Source of the DNA: Octopus vulgaris
Lineage: Eukaryota
Length of the DNA stretch: 64,000 nucleotides
NCBI GenBank assembly: GCA_951406725.2
Contig: OX597832.1
Location: 53,258,001 to 53,322,000, forward strand
Direction of reading: 5' to 3'
Shown: positions 53,795-64,000 of the stretch, piece by piece
Layout: each line of letters starts with the position of its first letter
How positions within the stretch are numbered: the first letter of the stretch is position 1
Made by a program: the position numbers and the translations under genes
Notes under the pieces: generated by a model
Seen by the model: the letters and a program-made list of their open reading frames with translations, nothing else
Database searches by the model: none
What the model was told of the DNA's origin: nothing

Positions 53795-54435
53795 CATGGG
53801 ACGAGGTGGTGAAGCACGACCTTCGAACTTTAGGTCTCACCAAGGAAATGACTAGAGACCGAGACCTATGGAAGTATGCTGTGCGTGAGAAGACCCGGCA
53901 AGACCAGTGAGAACATAACCTGTGGCCTACATACCTTTCCTTCTTGGGACACAAAACTCCACTCGTGAAGACCCGTTGAGACAAGTGAAAATCAAAATCA
54001 AAATCAAACCAGATATCAGAAAGCAGAACCAAAATCGAAGTTGATCAACATCAATGGAAATTGCAGCTGTGGTTAAGCGAACCATCCAATCGTGGCTGTT
54101 GCCAGTGCCTCCAAGACTGGCCTCCGTGCCGGTGGCACGTAAAAGCACCATCCGTTCATGTACGTTGCCAGCCTCGCCTGGCCCCCGTGCCGGGGGCACA
54201 TAAAAGCACCATCTGTTTGTGGCTGTTTGCCAGCTCCGTCTGGCACCTGTGCGGGTGGCATGTAAAAAGCACCCACTACACTCATGGAGTGGTTGGCGTT
54301 AGGAAGGGCATCCAGCCGTAGAAACACTGCCAGATCAGACTGGGCCTGATGCAGCCTTCTGGCTTCACAGACCCCAGTGGAACCGTCCAACCCATGCATG
54401 CATGGAAAGCGGACGCTAAATGATGATGATGATGA
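53795..54435 (+). mobile_element. RTE-clade LINE 3' end with (GAT)n tail
   Basis: Reverse-complement match to 43932-44430, 5'-truncated at TWDEVVKHDL. Confidence 0.85.
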
Positions 54436-55444
54436 TATATATCTGTGTGTATATATCATCATCATCATTTAATATCCATGTCCATGCTGGCATGGGCTGG
54501 ACAACAAATGTTAAATGATGATGATGAAACACACACACACACTCAAGTATGTGTGTATGTATATTTTTGTCCAAGGATGTTATATTTCATTCATTTTATG
54601 TCCGTTTTTTTGTCTGCTGACATGGATACATACCACTGACAGATTGGTTTGTATTAACAGCTAGGTGTCCCTTCTGTTCTTAATCCAAAGCTGTTTTTCA
54701 ACCAAAAGAGTTTTTCATTTCACTTATCACCAGAAGAGGAGAGGCTAGACGATATTTTGGTGTTGGCAGGAAATATTAACTTAATGCCTCTGATTTCTAG
54801 CTCAAAATTCATGCAAAAACGCAGACATGCGCACACACACACTCTTTCTCTCTCTTCTTTTCTCTCATGTGCACACATGCACACCCGTCTCTCTCTCTTA
54901 CATGCATGCGTGCACACACACACACACTCTCTCTCCTTTTTTCTTTCTCTCGTGCACGCGTGCACACACACACACACACACATACACACACAAATGCACA
55001 CTTTCATACAGTTTCCATCTTCCAATTTCACTCACAAGGAATTGGTCAGCCCAGGGTTCCATTAAATGTCACTTGTTCAAGGTTCCAGACAATGACACCA
55101 CATGGTAACAGAATAAACTTCACATCAACACAGCCATACCCACATGTGACTTGCCATATTTTGTCTGCTAAATCAATAGTTGATTGATTGATCGATCAAT
55201 CGATTGATTGACTGATTGATTGATTATTGTAGACAGAATGGTATTATATAGACAAGACAAAATCAATATTATCAATGATATCGTTATTCTGGGCTGGTTT
55301 TTTTTCCTTCTCTTTGGAACATCTATGGACAAGGAATTCTGTAAATCTTTTCCCAAAGGTATTTTTCTTTTAAATTAATGAATATAAAATGATGAAACAG
55401 ATTCATAAAATATAATTTTGAAAGGATTACAAATTATAGATAGA

Positions 55445-56105
55445 ATGCTGGTACCATGTACAAAGCACTCAATCCACTCTGTAAAGTGATCGACGTTAGG
55501 ATGGCATCTAACCATAAAAATCATGCCAAAATAGACCTTGCTGGTGCTCGTGCCATGTAAAAAGTCCACTCTGTAAAGTGATTGGTGTTAAGAAAGGCAT
55601 CCAATTGTAAAGACTGTGCCAAACCAGACCTTGCTGGTACTGGTATCATATACAAAGCACGTAGTACACTCTGTAAAGTGGTTGGCATTAGGAAGGACAT
55701 CCAACCATAAAAACCATGCCAAAATATATCTCACCAGTGCCGGTGCCATGTATAAAGCACCCAGTCCACTCTGTAAAGTGGTTGGTGTTAAGAAGGGCAT
55801 TCTGCCATAAAAATCATGCCAAAACAGACCTTGCAAGTGCTGGTGCTGGTGCCATCTATAAAGCACCCAGTCCACTCTGTAAAGTGGTTGGGAATCCAAC
55901 CATAAAAGCCATGCTAAACCAAACCTCACCAGTATTGGTGCCCTGTTAAAAGCATCCAGTCTATCTGTAAAGTGGTTGGTGTCAGGAAAGGCATCTGGCT
56001 GTAAAAACCATGCCAAAGCAGACAGGAGAGCTTGGCACAGTCCTCTGGTTTACCAGCTCCTATCAAACTATGTCATCATGGAAGACATTCATTCAATGGT
56101 GATGT
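55445..56105 (+). repeat. Tandem amplification (6-7 units of about 80-95 bp) of an internal segment of the RTE-related 3' UTR repeat
   Basis: Recurrent AAAGCACCCAGTCCACTCTGTAAAGTGGTTGG...CATGCCAAA...GACC. A two-unit version is at ~485-660. Confidence 0.85.
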
Positions 56106-56166
56106 CAGTAAATATATTTTCTAAATGGTAATGATTGCCATATTTTCCAGTCAACAAAGTATATAG

Positions 56167-56368
56167 CTGTGGCTCTCAACCATTTTAATATCTGGGCCAG
56201 ATGCAAAGCCTCAATTTTTTTCTTTTTAGGGAGCTGCACCAAAAGAAGTAAAACAGTAGTTAATGAAAGAAAAATGTATTATATTTTTAGAGGGAAGACC
56301 ATCAAGAGCCACTGAAAGGATGCTTGAGGGCCACGTGCAGCCCTGTGAGCTGTGGTTGAGAACTGCAG
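56167..56368. mobile_element. hAT-type MITE
   Basis: TIRs CTGTGGCTCTCAACC / GGTTGAGAACTGCAG, perfect 8-bp TSD GTATATAG. Confidence 0.88.
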
Positions 56369-56549
56369 GTATATAGTGTAAATATTCAAATATGATCAAT
56401 ATCTTTCCAAATCCTGCTGCATTAAGTTCACCTACCATTGTTTTGATCATAAACTTTGGTCTGAAAAATTTGATTTGTACATTGGAAAATTTGGTAAACC
56501 TTTCAAATTGTTATTATTGATGTAAATTGATGTAATTACATCAATTTAA

Positions 56550-56882
56550 GGTTCATGGCTCAGGGGTTAGAGTGTCGGGCTCACAATCACAAGGTTGTGA
56601 GTTCGATTCCTAGACCGGGCTGTGTGTTGTGTTCTTGAGCAAGACACTTTATTTCACATTGCTCCAGTTCACTCAGCTGTAGAAATGAGTTGCGATGTCA
56701 CTGGTGCCAAGCTGTATCGGCCTCTGCCTTTTCCTTGGATAACATAGGTGGCATGGAGAGGGGTGGCTGGTATGCATGGGCGACTGCTGGTCATCTATTA
56801 CCTTGCCCAGACTTGTGCCTCAGAAGGTAACTTTCTAGGTGCAATCCCATGGTCAGTCATGACCGAAGGGGGTCTTTATCCT
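56550..56882 (+). mobile_element. tRNA-derived SINE, family 2, with 14-bp TSD
   Basis: TSD TTACATCAATTTAA at 56536-56549 and 56883-56896, A/B boxes present. Confidence 0.9.
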
Positions 56883-56946
56883 TTACATCAATTTAAATTC
56901 ATTTTATATATCTTCATTGTCTCTTTATTTTTTTTTCTTATTCCAG

Positions 56947-57028
56947 GAAAAGCTGTGAGAATAATGAATTGGGGAAAATGTTGGAAGAACTCCATAGAAA
57001 AAAGCAACTTGAAGATTATGAAAGAGTT
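56947..57028 (+). CDS. WDR44: Plus-strand gene (probable WDR44) exon 4 (R-KSCENNELGKMLEELHRKKQLEDYERV)
   Basis: Strong polypyrimidine acceptor ttttttcttattccag, donor GTT|gtaagt, 82 nt. The phase-2 start fits exon 3. Charged, coiled-coil-like peptide. Confidence 0.7.
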
Positions 57029-57184
57029 GTAAGTGATTTTTTTTTCTTGATAATTTTGTGAACAGCCTTATCTGTATTTGATTTCTGTATTTTCATTTAA
57101 CAAATGGAGCTGATTGATTGACCAAATTATTAATCAAGCAGTTGGTTAGTTAATTGGCTAAAGGGTTAACCAATGGACTAATAT

Positions 57185-57212
57185 AAAAAAAAAATAGCCA
57201 GTGCATGTACAG

Positions 57213-57253
<41 letters not shown>

Positions 57254-57911
57254 GAGAGAGACAGAGTGACACACAAAGAGACACACACATGCACCGATAT
57301 GCATATGCACACAAACACACATTTCCACTCTGTCTATGCACACATGCAAACACACACACACACACACACACAGCCACACCCACCCGTTCATACACCTTTC
57401 ATTACAGCTGATGACTTTTGATTGACCTGTCACAGCAACATAAAAACCAACGCTAACACATATGCACACAGATCCTACCACACACACACACACACACACA
57501 GCCACACCCACCCATTCATACACCTTTCATTACAGCTGATGACTTTTGATTGACCTGTCACAGCAACATAAAAACCAACACTCACACATATGCACACAGA
57601 TCCTACCACACACACACACACACACACACACAGTTATTACCACACGCTCACATGCAGTTACTGCTACACACCCACACACACACATACTAACCATCTTCAT
57701 TACACTCATGTCCCAGAAGCCACTTTCTCTTTCTCCTTCCACTTCCGGTCACCTCAGAAATGTAACCACACATGGATTGTTGGCAATTTTTCCTTATTTT
57801 TCGTTCTTTCTCTTTGGTCTTTCCTCTTTCCAATGAAGAGCTATGCTCAAAGCATTAACAACTCTCTCCTTTCACCAAACATCAAATTAATATATTGCTT
57901 GTGCACGTCCT
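57185..57911 (+). repeat. Local duplication, copy 1 (copy 2 at ~60453-61077)
   Basis: Colinear near-identical block from AAAAAATA.CCAGTGCATGTACAGAC to TTGCTTGTGCACGTCCT. Copy 1 has an extra internal ~125-bp tandem duplication. Confidence 0.92.
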
Positions 57912-57964
57912 CGTTTGTTTTTTTTCTCTTTTTCTCTGTTTTTTAATTGTTTGTTCTTTGTATT

Positions 57965-58011
<47 letters not shown>

Positions 58012-58105
58012 AAAAAAAAATTATTTTCTTCTTCTTCCCTCTCCCTTCCCCTCTTTTTCTTTAGCACTCATTCCAAATACAAAAGTACACACACATGCAT
58101 GCACG

Positions 58106-58139
<34 letters not shown>

Positions 58140-58936
58140 CTCTCTCTCTCACTTTCTCCTCATCCATCACCCTCTTGTACTGTCTTATATTCCTCCCCAC
58201 CACTACAAACTCAATACCACTATAAAATGGTCAAAACTTTTCACACACAGGAACTTAGTTTGATTTGAAAACCCCACTAGAATGGGAGAAAGCGCTAATA
58301 CATGATCTAAGTTATATGATGTATAAAAAATGTAATATACAAATAAATATCTGTAAATATAAACCATCCGATTTTCTGAGTACCTCATTTCTTCTAATAT
58401 ATATATATATATATATATAAATATATATATATATTATTATTATTATTAATAGTTAGGGAATATAAAATTCCAAGCCAACAGAGAAAAATTCAATTTAGCA
58501 ATACTAAATCAACATACACAATATATTATACACATAGAATTTAGAGACAAAACCTCTATTTAGCAATTCAATCAATACTGAACGATATTGTCTATACAAA
58601 ACCATATAGAATAGATAACATTGTTAATATGTATAGATAATATCGTTCAGTATTGATTGAATTGCTAAATAGAGGTTTTTGTCCCTAAATTCTCTATCTA
58701 TCTATATATCTGTCTATCTATCTATCTATCTATATATATAAATGTGACCTCGTGTATACTGTTGGCGATTTTTTTTCTTCTGTCTTCCCTTCTCTGGATC
58801 TTTCCTTCTCCTATGTTTCCGACAAAGAGCTCCGCTCAAAACGTTAAACCCTCCTTCTTCCCTGAGCGTCCAATAATACTATATTTGTTCCACGTCCTCG
58901 CGTTGTTGTATTTTTTTTGTGTTTTCTTGTTTGGAT

Positions 58937-58983
<47 letters not shown>

Positions 58984-59814
58984 GTGCACACACACACACA
59001 TATGCACGTGTACATATACAGCAGGCGTCTCTCAGTTTCCATCTCCCAAATCCACCCACAAGGCTTCAGTCAGCATGCACTGCTTTTTCTCTCAATAATA
59101 ATAATAATAACAATAATAATAATGGTTTCAAATTTTGGTACAAGGCTAGTAATTTCAGGGCAGTGGGTAATTTGATTACATCAACCTCAGTACTTAACTG
59201 GTACTTATTTCTTTGACCCCCCAACAGGATGAAAGGCAAATTTGACCTTGGTGAAATTTGAACTCAGATTGTAAAGACAGACGAAATACTGCTAAGAATT
59301 CTGCCCAGTGTGCTATTGATTCTGCCAGCTCACTGCTCTAAATGTGAGATAACTTATCATCATCATTTAACGTCCGCTTTCCATGCTAGCATGGGTTGGA
59401 CGATTTGACAGGTCTGGCGAACCAGACTCCAATCTGATCTGGCAGAGTTTCTACAGCTGGATGCCCTTCCTAACGCCAAGCAGTCCGAGAGTGTAGGGGG
59501 TGCATTTACATGCCACCGGCACGAGAGCCAGTTTGGTGGTCCTGGCAACGGCCACGCCCTGGAGACAAAATTAGTGTTGTGGTATTACACTAGAGTTTTA
59601 AAAGAAAAAAGCATAAGAGGACATATTATCTCTGATATTTAGTTACACAGAATGGTGGTGGTTTTGGTCACATTTGTTTAATATATCCTCTGCTTTCACT
59701 AGATTGATTTTCTGATGATAGGTGGTGGTGGGGGATTCAAAAGGGGTCTCAGGGAGTTGTGTCCCTGCCTCCCTGAGCTAGTTTTCCACCACATTTCTTA
59801 AAAATCGTGGTAGA

Positions 59815-60075
59815 GGCCTTAGTCTCAGGACCACTCATGTTTAGAAACTGAGGTTGGAGGTAAGCAAGGGCATGCTCCCCGTAGAAAATCCAGCTCCAAA
59901 AAAGCCTCATGATAGCAAAGGAAAATGGGCACCAGCCAGCCAGCCAGGCAGCCCATAGGTTGGGGTGGGCTGTATCTGCCTACCTCGGTTGCTATGGCAT
60001 TGAGGTAGATTTGGCCACTCCTGTTAACTGGGACAAAACCCAGATTTAAAACACTGGATGATGATGATGATGATG
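59815..60075 (+). mobile_element. Retroposon 3' end with (GAT)n tail
   Basis: GC-richer block ending in GATGATGATGATGATGATGA, the same tail type as the RTE-related repeats. Family not recognised. Confidence 0.5.
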
Positions 60076-60479
60076 AACCAAATTAAATTTCATGAAAGTT
60101 TTCCTACGACAAAATTTTTATACATAGCTCTTATCATTAGATTATCCTCTTGTATGAAAAATGTTAGTAAAGTCAATAATTGGAATTCCAAAGTTTCCGT
60201 GAATATCCATTTCTTATAACAGCAAAAGAATTTGTATAGATTTTATTTCAAGTAGCTGCAGCTGAGTGGCATTTCCCTATGCCACACCAAAAATCTCTGT
60301 TTTCCCTTATTTTTGGTAAGTTCTTGATTCTAATGTTGTGCTATCTCTGCCAATAACATTAACATAGGTACGGGTGTGACTACTACATGATTCCAGGTTC
60401 AGTCCTACTGTGTCACACCTTCAGCAAGTGTCTTCTACTCTAGCCTCAGGTGAAAAAAAAAATAACCAGTGCATGTACA

Positions 60480-60525
<46 letters not shown>

Positions 60526-61189
60526 GAGAGAGAGACAGAGTGACACATAAAGAGACACACACATGCACCCATATGCATACAAACACACATTTCAACTCTG
60601 TCTATACACACATGCAAACACACACACACACAGACACACACACACACACACACACAGCCACACCCACCCATTCATACACCTTTCATTACAGCTGATGACT
60701 TTTGAGTGACCTGTCACAGCAACATAAAAACCAACACTCACACATACACACACAGATCCTACCACACACAACTCTCTCTCACACACACACACATACACAC
60801 ACACAGTTATTACCACACGCTCACATGCAGTTACTGCTACACACACACACATACTAACCATCTTCATACACTCATGTCCCAGAAGCCACTTTCTCTTTCT
60901 CCTTCCACTTCCGGTCATCTCAGAAATGTAACCACACATGGATTGTTGGCAATTTTTCCTTATCTTTCCTTCTTTCTCTTGGGACTTTCCTCTTTCCAAT
61001 GAAGAGCTATGCTCAAAGCATTAACAACTCTCACCTTTCACCGAACATCAAATTAATATATTGCTTGTGCACGTCCTTATGAGTGGATTTGGTAGATGGG
61101 AACTGACAAAACCTGTTGTGTGTGTGTGTCTTTGTATCTGTGTTTGTCCCCCTCCACCGCTTGACAACTGGTGTTGGTGTATTTATGTC

Positions 61190-61410
61190 ATATTATGCGG
61201 AGAAAATCCCTGGAGAAGGACATCATGCTTGGAATGGTCAGTGGCAAGAGAGGAAGAGGCCGACCAAGAACCCACTGGTTTGACACCATCAAGAGTGATA
61301 CCGGAATGGATATAGCCAATCTGAAAGAAACGGCCCAGGATAGAACTGACTGGAGGACACTGATCCAACGAGTGACCGAGAGTCTACTTCGACTGAGCGG
61401 ATAGAGAGAG
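61190..61410 (+). mobile_element. RTE (BovB-like) LINE 3' fragment inserted in a SINE
   Basis: HIMRRKSLEKDIMLGMVSGKRGRGRPRTHWFDTIKSDTG...DRTDWRTLI. SINE sequence resumes on both sides. Confidence 0.85.
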
Positions 61411-61981
61411 ATCTGAGAAGTTCGGCAAAAGAAACTGATAGAATAAGTACTGGGCTTGAAAACAAAGATAAATACTGGGCTCGATTCATTCAACTAAAAA
61501 TTCTTCAGAGCAGTGCCTCAGCATGGTCACAGTTTAATGACTGAAACAAGTAAAAGATAAAAGATAGCTGAGTTGTTTTCATCCTGATATTATCTGGTGT
61601 TCAGTACAATAGCATTGGTCAGCAAAGCCTGTGTTGAATAACAGTTGTGGAGATGGGTGGAATGCATCCATAAAAATCTCCTTTATGGTCTTGTATTCAT
61701 GCCATGAGATGTTCTGAACTCCCACGAAGCCTAGTGTAGGTACCATCTTGGTGATCTTGAAGTTCCTGTCTTCATAGACCAGGTTTCAGCTCCATAGAGA
61801 AGAATGTCCTCTATACATGCTCTCAAGAAGGCCAATCTTGTTCGCTTTGAAATACTTGATTACAAGATGCTTTTAAGCTTATTACTGGCACTCCAGTCTT
61901 GTCCCTTGTTTCCCTTTATTACACTCACCTGTAAAGAAAGACCTGTTTAGAAAAGGGGTCTTTGAAATCCATTATCTATAT

Positions 61982-62188
61982 CAGTGCTTTTCAACCTTTT
62001 TGCTGGAGCGGAACCCCAAGGAAACATTCAACTGGCTCGAAGAACCCCTGTGCAATAATTTAATAGTCTTATGCACAGGAGAATTAAAAATTACTGCCGA
62101 TTTTAGCAGTTTTGTAACTTCTTGCGGAACCCCTGGACTATACTGGTGGAACCCTAAGGTTCCGCGGAACCCTGGTTGAAAACCGCTG
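61982..62188. mobile_element. hAT-type MITE
   Basis: TIRs CAGTGCTTTTCAACC / GGTTGAAAACCGCTG, perfect 8-bp TSD ATCTATAT, internal repeated GGAACCC motifs. Confidence 0.92.
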
Positions 62189-63170
62189 ATCTATATTAAA
62201 GCCTCTTGTGAGAAAATTGAGATGTCAGTGTCTTGAAGACAGAATGTGATATGAATGGTGTGCAAAAGGCATTTTGAAGAAAATGTCAAGTTGAAACAAG
62301 TTTAAAACTAATTTTCTAATTTTAATTGCCATTTAACATGCAGTTAAGGATACATCATTGCTTTGCCAATATGAATAGAAAACATTTATTATTCATAACT
62401 AACTCAGTGTTGTATAATACAGTGAATTTATAGTTAATAGTAATTTATAATTTATAGAATTCATAGTTAATTACAGTTAATAACAGTGAAATTAGAAAAC
62501 ATGAGCTGGCAGAGAATCTAATTTCAGTTAAATTCTAAGTAGAATCTTGCAGCTGTTTTAAGTGCTTTTTTTTTTTTTGGTTATTTAACCTCAAATAGAA
62601 TTTATGCAAGCCAAGTTCTTTTTCATTACATATACATACAAGCACACACATATATATATAATGAGAGGTTGTGGCGATGCTGGGACACTGTCAATGGTAT
62701 GATGACAAGTTTATTTCATTTCACTTTTACAATTCTTCCTGTTTAATAGGTTTTGGTGAATCATTGAGTTGGACAATAAACATTTATCTAAGTGGTTTTT
62801 GAACGCATCCTTATCTGCACTTTTCTAGGAGTTTTTTTTTTTTTTTTTGCAAGGTGGACCGTTAAACCTTATACTGTTACAACATTGGCTCCTTACTCTT
62901 GACAGAGAGGATGAGGCCTTTAGTTCTATGCAATGGCATCCACTTCAGGGGTTTCTTTCGCTTTCAATTCCAAAGTGAAGTTCTTGACCCTCCAGAATTT
63001 TCCATAGATATATTCTTTTATTCTTTTACTTGTTTCAGTCATTTGACTGCAGACATGCTGGAGCAGTGCCTCTAGTCAAGCCTACTTATAATTCTATCAG
63101 TCTCTTTTGCCGAACCGCTAAGTTACGAGGATGTAAACACACCAACATTGGTTGTCAAGCGATGGTGGGG

Positions 63171-63252
<82 letters not shown>

Positions 63253-64000
63253 CAATTCAGAGCAAATAATTCAGGAGAAAATATTTGCGTAGATATTGAC
63301 TCTATTATTATCTAGTGTCATCGTCATCATCATCATCAATTAAAAATGATAATAACAGAATCAATAATATAGGCGATTGCAGGCCCCAAAAGCATTAAAT
63401 AGCTGAAATACATGAGGGCTTCTATCAGTTTCTGTCTACCAAATCCACTCACAAGGCTTTGGTCGGCCTGAGGCTATAGTAGAAAATACTTGCCCAAGGT
63501 GCCATGCAGTAGGACTGAACCTGGAACCATGTGGTTGGGAAGCAAGCTTCTTACCACATGGCCACGTTGCACCTGTCATTGCATATTCTTCATGTCTTTG
63601 CTTTAGATAGTTGAGCATTATATGTGATTGATTTTTTTTTTGTCAGATTTAAACTTTTTGTCAGACAGATTTCTATCGGAGTCCTATTTTTTTAACAATG
63701 TAAATATATGTTAAAGGCACCAAACTCGAAGGGGAAAAAATTTTTCAAAGATTTTTTTATATCAGAATCACCTCTCTCTCTCTCTGCATGTTTTCCCACT
63801 GTTTCTTTGTCTTCCCTTCATTGTTTCTTCTCTTTCTTTCTTACCCCTCCTTCCTTTGTCCCTTCCCTGTCAATCATCACCCCCACCTCTCCCACCTAAC
63901 ACAACTATGCTTTAACAACAACAACAATGATGATGATGTTTGTGTATTGTAAATGTTACAGAAAATTTTCCATAATTATAATTTTGTCTTTTTAATTTTT

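Noticed and set aside
54720-60999. Numerous 60-140 aa ORFs rich in HT/CV/YI
   Set aside because: They are translations of (CA)n, (TG)n and (TA)n microsatellites and SINE sequence.

Overview
AT-rich, repeat-dense metazoan genomic DNA. It is most consistent with an octopod cephalopod, inferred from the SINE/RTE families, the (TA)n/(CA)n/(GAT)n density and an [20 protein letters not shown] zinc finger. None of the ORF-track entries is an intact gene. The real genes are two intron-rich genes transcribed head-to-head from a CpG-rich region of about 290 bp at ~27.7-28.0 kb. On the minus strand is an FMR1/FXR-family gene (coding exons 1-3, first Agenet/Tudor domain, ~23 kb intron 2, running off the left edge). 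On the plus strand is a probable WDR44 gene (N-terminal FFAT motif, four phase-consistent exons, running off the right edge). The introns hold tRNA-derived SINEs, RTE, CR1 and Jockey-type LINE fragments, a decayed full-length mariner, Tigger remnants, hAT and TTAA/piggyBac-type MITEs, a 32-bp minisatellite with 160-bp higher-order structure, and several long hairpins. The most notable observations are a piggyBac-type MITE carrying an open C2H2 zinc-finger fragment just downstream of FMR1 exon 3 (in frame with it via a weak cryptic acceptor), and at least two families of decayed minimal hammerhead-ribozyme motifs in Penelope-like remnants. Exon, TIR and TSD coordinates were read base by base. 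Boundaries of decayed repeats are approximate.
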